Counted from the stretch's first letter, positions 6,484 through 13,747 are shown. The stretch is DNA of 13,747 bases from Chthoniobacteraceae bacterium (GCA_031409335.1 JANNWY010000105.1:1-13747); one strand, 5' to 3'. Notes: generated by a model not told the origin, from the sequence alone. Numbers and translations are program-made.

Positions 6484-9400
6484 CGTGACGTCGCCCCGCC
6501 GAGTGGCACATTGTCACGCACCTTGAGCGTGATCGAGTTGTCGATGAGCACGGTCGTATTCGCCGCGCTCCACGATGCGGACCGAAGGTCGAGCGCGGTC
6601 TCCACGAGATAGCTCACGCCGGACCGTTTGGTGAGTGTTACCGTCAGGTAGCCGCCTTCGTTGACCGCGTTCGGGAGGTTTGCCGAATCGGGATTCTTGG
6701 GATTGCCGCCGAAGGCGTATTCGAGCAGTTCCGCCACGCCATCGCGGTCGAAGTCATCCAGCGGGCCGTGCCCGCCGGTCGTGCCCCAGTTCGCAATTTC
6801 CCACTCATCGGGCAGACCATCCGCATCCGCGCTCGACGCAATGCCAGTGGAGACGCGCAGCTTCAGGTAAAGATTGGGATTCGGCGACGGCACGCGGACG
6901 CTCACCAGATCGTAAGCGCCCACGTTCACCCGGCTCACGTCACCGCCCGCTGGCACGAACGGCGTCCACGTTACGAGGTTTGTGCTCTGGAGGATTTCGT
7001 AAGTCAGCGGTTCGACGCCGCTGGCCTCCCGATAGGTGAAGACCAAGCCCGCCGCATCCCGCCAGACCACCGGCAGCGCCGCGGTTCCCGACCCGCCCGG
7101 CTGCACGCCGAAGGCAAACTCCAGGAAGTTCACCACGCCGTCTTTGTTGAAATCTCCCGTCGGCTCATACCTCGCCGCGCTCGTGGCACCAGCCACCTGC
7201 GACAGCCATTTCCCATATGACGCCGGATCGACGATCAAACCCGCGGGCGCACTCACCGCCGTCCCGTCGCCGTTCGAAACCGTCGCGCTGTAGTTCCCCG
7301 CCTGCGACGCGTCCGCGCTGCCGAGATCGAGGATGCGGCTGTTCGCCCCGGCCAGATTCGCGCCGTTCTTTTTCCATTGGAAAGCGAGCGGCTCCAATCC
7401 CGTCGCCTCCACCGCGAACACCACCGGATCGCCCGCAAAAACGCGCCGCGGATCGGGCTGCCGCGTGATCGCGGGCGGAGCCATCACCGCCAGCACGATC
7501 GCCTTCTCGAAAGTCGCCCCTGACGAATCCGTTGTCCGCACACGGATGGAAACCGTCGGCGTCACCGCGCGATTCAACACCGCCGCAGTGAAGACCTGAT
7601 CGCCCGCGATCGCGAAACTCGCGTTATTCGTCGCCCCCGTTCCCGCCACCAGTTGATACGCAAAAGTATCGAGCGGGTTCGGATCAATCGTCACCAGCCT
7701 TCCGACCAGCGTTCCCACCGGCTTCTGCTCGCTCACCCCGCCGGCATCGAGCCCCACATCGGTCGGCGCACCCGGCGGCCCAGTGATCGTGAAATCCACC
7801 TGCCTGCTCCCCGTCCCATTCGCATTCGTCGCCGACACCAGCGCGGAAGTCGCACCCTGCGCCGTCGGCGTCCCGGCGATCAGCCCGGTCTGCGAATTCA
7901 GCGTCAGGCCCGGCGGCAGCGGAGCGGCGGCAAAGGTCTGCACCGTCTGCGAAGCCGTCAGTTGATGATTCAGCGTCTGTCCCACTGTGCCCGCCACACT
8001 CCCCGCGCTCGTTACAACCGGCGCGACATCCAGCACCGTCACCGCCGTCGTCCCCGTCAGTGTTCCGTTGTAGGTCGCCGTGATCGTCGTTGTTCCAATG
8101 GCCACGAGTTGCACCTGTCCATCCGCCGTTACCGTAGCCACGTTTGGATTCGATGATTGAAACGCGATGTTCGCCGCAGACACAAATAGGCTGCTCGAAA
8201 CGCTCGCGTCGTAAATGCCCGTCACACTCAACGGCACTTCAGCGCCGACTTGCGATTGGATGGCTGCTGGTACGAGCGCGATACCCGTCAGTACGCTGCC
8301 CGGCGGACGATTCACCACCACGCCCGGTGTGCCGAGTACCGTCTTTCCAGTGACTGAGAGAAAGCTCACACTCAGCACCACCTGCCCTTGCACCGAAGCC
8401 GCGACGGTCAGCGCCAGTTGCTCGCCGAAAGTGCCACTCATCGCCAAAGTCAGCCCCGTGGTATTCACGCCGGCCGGCCCATAAACGACAGCAGTCCATT
8501 CCACCGGGCCATTCGGCGATTCACCCGCAGGAGGCTGTAGAGTAAAGTTCAATAGCTGATCTCCCGCAGCCGCCAGCGCCGGCTTTCGGGACACCACAAA
8601 TGTCCCCTCCGAGTACATAGAATTCTGCTCCCGCCGTTGCTGCTCATAGATTTTTTGCGCCAGCGTCTCGATCCGCACGCGCCGATCCTGCATGAAATCC
8701 TTGAGGCTTTGCGGAATCGTCACGGGTCCGAATTCCGACGCCGATCCGTTCAGAAGTGTGATGACTCGTTGAGCAACTGTGGAAGAGGACGTCTCCGTCT
8801 CACCAAGCTTCGCGTGCGAGATATTGTGTCCCGTGATTGCGTGGGTGCTCCCACCGTCGGCGGTCTGGCTTCTAAAATCCACTACACCATCCGACCCATT
8901 TGGCGCGACAAGAACTCCCGGTGTTTCGGGTTGCCCCGTCGTCGGGTTTAAGGTCGTTGGCGTCGGGCGATCCAAATAGAGCGCTTTGTAAAAAAACAAC
9001 TGTGAGTCAAACGCGGAGCCGTTCGCATCTGGCGCCTGCCCGCCGTAAATGGTTGCCGCCACTAAATACAATCGTGCCTGTTCATCGCACGTAAGTGTGG
9101 TGTTGATGTTGTCCAGTTGAGTGTTCGCTCCGATTCGGAACTTCGGCTGCAACAGCGGGTCAAGTTCGCTCTTGTGCTTATTGGCCCGCGGGTCGCCATA
9201 ATCTACACCCAGTTTCTTGCGCAGTTGAAAACCCAGTTCACCCAGCGTCGAGCCCGCCTGCGGCGAGCCGATCGTCACCACCCGCCGAAACCGCCCGCGG
9301 TAGAAGTTATCCGCCTTGCGGAACGCCTCGAATCCTCTGGTGGAAAGGTCGCCGCCGCCCGCGAGTTCCTTCTTCGAGCACAGCATCCGCAACAACACTC

Positions 9401-10361
9401 CGCCCTGGCTGTGTCCGACCGCATCGCAGCGCGTGAATGCCCAATTTGCGAAGGCCGACGATTTCTCAACCTGCATCCGTAGCGCTCCATCGAGCACTCC
9501 CGCAAGCGTGATCAGCGCATCGTTGGTATTCTGCGAATTCTTATCAGTTCCCGCTGACGCGTTGTTATCCGTCCCGTAACTCACCGGCACAACGAAATCC
9601 GCTCCTCGATCCGCACGAATTGCACCGAGAAAACCGTCACCCCAAGTGCTTGTATCCGTGTTGTATCCATGCACTAGCGCCACCGGTGGCTTGCGAATTC
9701 CGAATCTAAATACCGAAACTCTCTTCGCGAGACCCAATTCACGAACCTCCAAGTCGGCCACCACGGGTGCATAGCCAAGATACGTCGTATCGAGTTTCCC
9801 GGGGTCCACCGGACCGAGCACCGCGTACGCTGTTGGCTGGGAGGGAGTAAGCCGGATGGTAGGCTTCAAATAAACGAATCCGCCATCCACCACTCTCAGT
9901 AGCGCAACAAGCCCCCCAGTCCCCGTGTATTTTCCATAACCAAGCGATTTCACAGCCAGTTCATAGGCGATGCCTTCGGTTGGAAGAGAGTTCGCTGGTG
10001 CGGTGATCTTGAATAACAGGGGTGTTACTCCATCCGCAACCAATCCTCCTTGTGGAACGGAAAAAGAGATGCCGGGATCGTTATTCGGTATGACTTCTCC
10101 CTGAAGAATTGTGGAGGGTGCCAAGGTCCCCAAAGCCGACCCCTTCACACGCAAAGGGTCGTCGATCAGTGCGCCCGGCACCGCATTGTCGAATACATCG
10201 GACGGAACTCTGTGCATTGTGACCGCGATAGTAGGTTGCGTGGCGGCATTACGCGTATCCACGAAAGTTCTCCAGGAACATGCGGGTACTATTGCTGCGC
10301 GGGCTCCGCCGGCCATGGCGAGAAGGCAGACCCATCGAGTGAATGTGCGGAGAGAAGTCAT
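6453..10361 (-). CDS. Large secreted multidomain protein: alpha/beta-hydrolase (PGAP1/lipase-like) + Big_2-like + putative Ig (He_PIG-like) + cadherin-like + Ig domain + two related C-terminal domains
   Basis: Signal peptide (MTSLRTFTRWVCLLAMAGGARA). Hydrolase motifs LVHGY, GHSQGG (9399-9416), TIGSPQAGS, SDGVV, ISH. Stalk motifs FQSSNPNVATVTADG, LPPGLTLNSQTGLIAGTPT, SEQKPVGTLVGRLVTIDPN..VRTTDSSG, PPAITRQP..FQWKKNG..AGNYSATVSN. Two DxDG..LE(F/Y)AFG..YL(K/R)xRV modules. Confidence 0.9.
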   Translation of the reverse strand: MTSLRTFTRWVCLLAMAGGARAAIVPACSWRTFVDTRNAATQPTIAVTMHRVPSDVFDNAVPGALIDDPLRVKGSALGTLAPSTILQGEVIPNNDPGISFSVPQGGLVADGVTPLLFKITAPANSLPTEGIAYELAVKSLGYGKYTGTGGLVALLRVVDGGFVYLKPTIRLTPSQPTAYAVLGPVDPGKLDTTYLGYAPVVADLEVRELGLAKRVSVFRFGIRKPPVALVHGYNTDTSTWGDGFLGAIRADRGADFVVPVSYGTDNNASAGTDKNSQNTNDALITLAGVLDGALRMQVEKSSAFANWAFTRCDAVGHSQGGVLLRMLCSKKELAGGGDLSTRGFEAFRKADNFYRGRFRRVVTIGSPQAGSTLGELGFQLRKKLGVDYGDPRANKHKSELDPLLQPKFRIGANTQLDNINTTLTCDEQARLYLVAATIYGGQAPDANGSAFDSQLFFYKALYLDRPTPTTLNPTTGQPETPGVLVAPNGSDGVVDFRSQTADGGSTHAITGHNISHAKLGETETSSSTVAQRVITLLNGSASEFGPVTIPQSLKDFMQDRRVRIETLAQKIYEQQRREQNSMYSEGTFVVSRKPALAAAGDQLLNFTLQPPAGESPNGPVEWTAVVYGPAGVNTTGLTLAMSGTFGEQLALTVAASVQGQVVLSVSFLSVTGKTVLGTPGVVVNRPPGSVLTGIALVPAAIQSQVGAEVPLSVTGIYDASVSSSLFVSAANIAFQSSNPNVATVTADGQVQLVAIGTTTITATYNGTLTGTTAVTVLDVAPVVTSAGSVAGTVGQTLNHQLTASQTVQTFAAAPLPPGLTLNSQTGLIAGTPTAQGATSALVSATNANGTGSRQVDFTITGPPGAPTDVGLDAGGVSEQKPVGTLVGRLVTIDPNPLDTFAYQLVAGTGATNNASFAIAGDQVFTAAVLNRAVTPTVSIRVRTTDSSGATFEKAIVLAVMAPPAITRQPDPRRVFAGDPVVFAVEATGLEPLAFQWKKNGANLAGANSRILDLGSADASQAGNYSATVSNGDGTAVSAPAGLIVDPASYGKWLSQVAGATSAARYEPTGDFNKDGVVNFLEFAFGVQPGGSGTAALPVVWRDAAGLVFTYREASGVEPLTYEILQSTNLVTWTPFVPAGGDVSRVNVGAYDLVSVRVPSPNPNLYLKLRVSTGIASSADADGLPDEWEIANWGTTGGHGPLDDFDRDGVAELLEYAFGGNPKNPDSANLPNAVNEGGYLTVTLTKRSGVSYLVETALDLRSASWSAANTTVLIDNSITLKVRDNVPLGGATSRYLRVRVAAP

Positions 10362-10459
10362 TGGGACATCGCCCGGTGACGGAATGGGAAGGTGTCACAG
10401 GCTTCATAAGTTTGCCGCGATGGGTGCTTATTGTTCATGAGATCAGGAGAATTGAATTG

Positions 10460-11746
10460 TTATCTGCGGATGGTCCGAAATCCGATGCAATCGACGCCAA
10501 GACTGGGCGGCAAGTTATAGCGCCCGGATGACCGGCAACTGAATGCCAGTTCAAACCAGCATCCACCGCGGATCACCCGGTCTGAGCCGACAAGCGGCCC
10601 CTGCGGATCTGTACTTGGCGACGTGCTGTAATAACTCGATCCAAACCAGTCCCAGCACCACTCCCACACATTGCCGGCCATGTCGTACACGCCATATCCA
10701 TTCGGCGCAAAAGCCCCTACAGGATTCGTATATGGTGCTCCGGGAATTGAGCCCACTGGATTCGTGAAATACGTCGGATGGAATGTCCGCGACGGGCTGT
10801 TGTCATAGCCGTAGGCCGCCGAGCTGAAGTAGTTTGCTTGCGAATGCGAGATCGTCTCCACGTTTGTCCACGGAAAACGGTGCCCGCTCACCCCTCCGCG
10901 CGCCGCCTTTTCCCACTCTGCTTCCGTTGGCAGCCGATACCCATTCGCACTCCATTTCACGCTGGAGTTCGTTATATTCAGATTTCCCGTCTGATACAAC
11001 GTCGTCTGTGAGCTATTGGTGTAATACAAAGGCATCAATCCTTCTTTTTCCGACCGTGCGTTGCACCATTTTATGACTGCAAACCATGAGATCGTCTGGA
11101 CCGGATGGGTCGGCGTCTTTCCACTTTGCGCCGGAATTGAAGGAAGATCAGTGTAACCGTGCGTCAAGCCCCAATTCCGCACGGTGTCCCACAGCGCCTT
11201 TGTCACTTCATACTGCTCGATGTAAAACGCGCCCAGATTCAGTGTATGAACGGGCAATTCGATCGCGCTTCCCTCCGCGGCGTTCATCGAGTTGCCCATT
11301 TGGAAACTTCCGGCGGGGATGAACACCATTCCCGGTGGGATCGGATCGTCGCTCACTATGACCTGAAAAATCACTTGATCCGATATTTGGCCGGGCCAAT
11401 CCGCAGGGGCATTCCAGAGGATGTAACGATCCTTTCCAGGCGTGACATTCGCTCCAAAACCAAATCCGCCGAGACTCGGTGCGGGTACATTCCACGAGAT
11501 TCCATCGTCATCCGACACCAGAAGCGAAACACGCACCGAGGTTGAGTCCGAGTCCTCCAAATCGTAGAAGATTTCGACGTTTCGCGAAGTCGGCAGTTGC
11601 GAAGCTGGTAATTGCGAAGCCCGCACGTTTGAAACCACCGGAGCCGCCCCTCTCACGTCCGCCCCCACAAGAAACGCGACGACAGCCAAGCCCCACCAAA
11701 GGCTTAGGCCCGCGAATCTACACCGATGCCGAGGGGAACCTTGCAT
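10460..11746 (-). CDS. Secreted FGE-sulfatase (SUMF1/EgtB/PvdO-like) domain protein with an N-terminal beta-rich Ig-like domain (428 aa; start ATG 11746)
   Basis: Signal peptide ending ..GADVRG/AAP. FGE-family motifs MVFIPAGSFQMG, YEVT, HPVQTISW, YRLPTEAEWEKAARGG, PNGYGVYDMAGNVWEWCWD, RVIRGG..IGFR. It lacks the canonical catalytic RGGSxLC..YCxRYR of true FGE. Confidence 0.92.
   Translation of the reverse strand: MQGSPRHRCRFAGLSLWWGLAVVAFLVGADVRGAAPVVSNVRASQLPASQLPTSRNVEIFYDLEDSDSTSVRVSLLVSDDDGISWNVPAPSLGGFGFGANVTPGKDRYILWNAPADWPGQISDQVIFQVIVSDDPIPPGMVFIPAGSFQMGNSMNAAEGSAIELPVHTLNLGAFYIEQYEVTKALWDTVRNWGLTHGYTDLPSIPAQSGKTPTHPVQTISWFAVIKWCNARSEKEGLMPLYYTNSSQTTLYQTGNLNITNSSVKWSANGYRLPTEAEWEKAARGGVSGHRFPWTNVETISHSQANYFSSAAYGYDNSPSRTFHPTYFTNPVGSIPGAPYTNPVGAFAPNGYGVYDMAGNVWEWCWDWFGSSYYSTSPSTDPQGPLVGSDRVIRGGCWFELAFSCRSSGRYNLPPSLGVDCIGFRTIRR
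11312..11647 (-). repeat. Copy A of a diverged ~330-bp direct repeat (N-terminal domain of the FGE-like gene)
   Basis: Aligns by eye with 13253-13573. An exact 20-mer, GCATTCCAGAGGATGTAACG, occurs at 11409-11428 and 13350-13369. Shared peptides include VRVSLLVS, WNVPA, GFGFGA, DRYILWNAPADWPG and DDPIP. Confidence 0.9.
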
Positions 11747-11753
11747 AGCGGCG

Positions 11754-11782
11754 AGAATTCTCAGCGGGGCAGAAGATGTCAA
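11754..11782 (-). promoter_or_regulatory. Putative sigma70 promoter of the FGE-like gene (leaderless geometry)
   Basis: Minus strand reads TTGACA (11782-11777) - 17 nt - AATTCT (11759-11754) - 7 nt - ATG (11746). The -35 box is a perfect consensus. Confidence 0.55.
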
Positions 11783-11900
11783 ACCACAAAAGTGGACGAC
11801 CGATCAACGAATCTTGGGTCGCCTGCTTGCTGCTTTCCACTGTCCCGTTGCTTCGGTCAGAAAGAAGAGGAGAAAGTCCTTTTGCAAACTTGGTGGATGT

Positions 11901-13235
11901 TCACGCAGTGTAGATCAGTCCAATGACATTGACCTGGCGTTTGCGAAGGGCATCCAATGCCTGGCGAACTCCTTTCTTTAAACTCACTTCCTCGCGGATG
12001 ACCAAAAGCGTCGCATCAATTTTCGGGGCGAGGGATACAGTGTCGGCACCGGCGAAGATCGGAGAGCTGTCGAAAACGATTCGTTCATAGTCCGAGAGAA
12101 ATATTTCTCTGAGAAAGCGATCTGAAGAATTCGATACAAAGTAGTCGCTCATCTTCACGTCGGTTCTGCCGCGCGGAAGGAATGTCAGGTTGGGAACGTT
12201 GGTTGGCACGACACAGTTTTGCCACTGAGCGACTCCTCTTGCGATTTCAGACACGCCGGGCTCTGCCTTGAGCGAGAAATGGTTGTGTAACACGCCATTT
12301 TGCAAGTCCGCATCGACCAGCAAGGTGCGCGACCCAGCAGCGGCCAATGCGATTGCGAGATTCGCTGCAACCGAGGATTTTCCCTCTCCTGACGCCGCAC
12401 TCGTAACGAGGAATGCTTTTGGCCGTAACCCCTCGAACGCCATAAAATGGAGGGTAGAACGCAATCTTCTGTAAGCGTTCAGTGTCCTGCCTTTGTGAGT
12501 ATCTGCAGAAGGCACATTTATCCAATCTCCGGGCAGCAGCACCGAATGAGGAAGTTGCCCTAATATGGTTTCGGAAAATCTCTCCACAAGCTCCGCAGAC
12601 GACATTACACGCCCGTCAAACAGAGCAATCAAAAAGACGATCTCCAATCCTACAATCATCCCGGCAAATCCGCCTATTGTTAGCGTTTTGGTTAATTTGG
12701 GTTTTGTGGACTCAGGACTTGAAGCAAAATCCGTGATCCTAATGTCGGTTTCCGCGAGCCCTAACTCCTGCAAAACCGCAACACTGCTCTCCATAAACGC
12801 GTTCAAAAAATTTTGCGTATAGTCTGGCTCTTCACCCGTTGCGATGAAGTCAACAATGGAAGTGGAAGGTTCGTGTCCGATAACAATGTTTACAGGGCAC
12901 GCACGTAACTCCGGCGATTTCTTTTCCAAATTTGCCGCCGCTTTTTGACGAACCTGAATGCCTCCCATCAGCTTACCTTGAGCACCCGCGGGCACCTTGG
13001 GATGATTGGCCTGCGTTGCATTCTTGAAAACGGCATCCATCCCACTCGCAAGAACGCGACCCCTTGACATGAACAGTTCAGGCTTTGCCAAGTCTTTCCA
13101 CGCTGACCAACTAACTCCCAGTATGGATGTGGCTAAAACGAGCCACCACCATTTTTGAAGTGCTCTCGGGTAGCGGCGAAGTTTTGACGCCGCAATCCAT
13201 GGTCCTGCCGCTTTAGTGACCGAGTTCAATATCAA
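11901..13235 (-). CDS. Shortened Wzc-like polysaccharide co-polymerase / BY-kinase (~444 aa; possibly degenerate; start uncertain)
   Basis: Wzz-like N-terminus with TM1 (KWWWLVLATSILGVSWSAW), short periplasmic part, TM2 (TIGGFAGMIVGLEIVFLIALFD), ILGQLP, AYRRLRS, Walker A TSAASGEGKS, A' LLVDADL, B IVFDSSP. The first ~165 aa of the 610-aa track ORF are an off-frame reading of the upstream gene. Confidence 0.8.
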   Translation of the reverse strand: MILNSVTKAAGPWIAASKLRRYPRALQKWWWLVLATSILGVSWSAWKDLAKPELFMSRGRVLASGMDAVFKNATQANHPKVPAGAQGKLMGGIQVRQKAAANLEKKSPELRACPVNIVIGHEPSTSIVDFIATGEEPDYTQNFLNAFMESSVAVLQELGLAETDIRITDFASSPESTKPKLTKTLTIGGFAGMIVGLEIVFLIALFDGRVMSSAELVERFSETILGQLPHSVLLPGDWINVPSADTHKGRTLNAYRRLRSTLHFMAFEGLRPKAFLVTSAASGEGKSSVAANLAIALAAAGSRTLLVDADLQNGVLHNHFSLKAEPGVSEIARGVAQWQNCVVPTNVPNLTFLPRGRTDVKMSDYFVSNSSDRFLREIFLSDYERIVFDSSPIFAGADTVSLAPKIDATLLVIREEVSLKKGVRQALDALRKRQVNVIGLIYTA

Positions 13236-13648
13236 AACATCGGCGTGGTCCTCGCCGGAATAAGCGCCATGTCCGCCGGGATCGGATCGTCGTTCACTAC
13301 GACGCGGAAGCGCACGAGGCTCGACTGGTGGCCGGGCCAGTCGGCAGGTGCATTCCAGAGGATGTAACGGTCCCTGCCGGGCGTGACGCCCGCTCCAAAC
13401 CCGAACCCGATGAGACTCTGCGCCGGCACATTCCAGGTGCCCCCGCCATCCTCCGACACCAGCAACGAAACTCGCACCCTCGCCGAATCCGCATCCTGCA
13501 AATCGTAACGGATTTCGACCTGCTTCGAGAGGAACGATTGCGAGGTATTCACATTTGTGACCACCGGCGGCGCGGCGTGGCTTCCCAGCGTCAGCGCGAG
13601 CGCCACGAGAAACCCTGTGAACAACCGAAAGTCTGAGAGGGAAGACAC
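13232..13648 (-). pseudogene. Truncated paralog of the FGE-like gene: signal peptide + N-terminal domain only (138 aa; start GTG 13648)
   Basis: Signal MSSLSDFRLFTGFLVALALTLGSHA/APPVV. It is homologous to 10460-11746 up to DDPIPADMALIPA, then has 6 unrelated codons and TGA. It could also be expressed as a stand-alone secreted domain. Confidence 0.75.
13253..13573 (-). repeat. Copy B of the diverged direct repeat
   Basis: See copy A. Similarity stops abruptly at 13253. Confidence 0.9.
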
Positions 13649-13654
13649 GGGGAG

Positions 13655-13684
13655 AGAGTGCAGGGAGAGGGCGAAGGGCGTCAA
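13655..13684 (-). promoter_or_regulatory. Putative sigma70 promoter of the truncated paralog / wzc-like unit
   Basis: Minus strand reads TTGACG (13684-13679) - 18 nt - CACTCT (13660-13655) - 6 nt - GTG (13648). The distance from -35 to start is 36 nt, the same as in its paralog. Confidence 0.45.
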
Positions 13685-13747
13685 GCGGAGGATACCGAGC
13701 CGTGGCTGGCCGCTCCAGCGGCGAGCGGGACACGCGGCGGGGATTCG

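Noticed and set aside
10460..10590. FGE/CLec C-terminus (RGGCWFELAFSCRSSGRYNLPPSLGVDCIGFR) as a diversity-generating retroelement variable region
   Set aside because: No template repeat or reverse transcriptase is in the window. Several would-be variable codons (GAA, CTG, GGG, TTG) cannot derive from AAY by adenine-only mutagenesis. A remote TR cannot be excluded without a genome-wide BLASTN.
13236..13733. N-terminal 165 aa of the 610-aa ORF as a real Wzc extension
   Set aside because: It is an Arg/Gly/Pro-rich off-frame reading over the FGE-paralog fragment, whose frame is supported by homology to 10460-11746.
1..13747. CRISPR array, tRNA or rRNA genes
   Set aside because: No regularly spaced repeats, cloverleaf with T-loop consensus, or rRNA-like segments were seen by eye. 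All intergenic gaps are under 400 bp.

Overview
GC-rich bacterial window, most likely Verrucomicrobia (Chthoniobacter-like). This is inferred from protein styles and the lack of Shine-Dalgarno sites. The left edge holds the last 28 codons and right inverted repeat of an IS256-family element, a 5'-truncated GH99/WbsX-like fragment, and a secreted N-formylglutamate-amidohydrolase-like + BPL_N (class I GATase-like) fusion. The middle is a housekeeping block in two divergent pairs: dapF (with a 20-aa in-frame insertion) / greA-like, and rlmN / moeA. The right half is a minus-strand accessory cluster, largely lower in GC. In transcription order it has a truncated paralog of a secreted FGE-sulfatase (SUMF1) gene, a shortened Wzc-like BY-kinase with no tyrosine tail, the intact secreted FGE-like gene, and a 1302-aa secreted GxSxG lipase-like protein with an Ig/cadherin stalk and two tandem related C-terminal domains. 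The best candidate for a new system is the FGE-like + surface lipase pair, possibly a T6SS-independent toxin/immunity module. This is inference only. Several genes look leaderless, which also corrects ORF starts.
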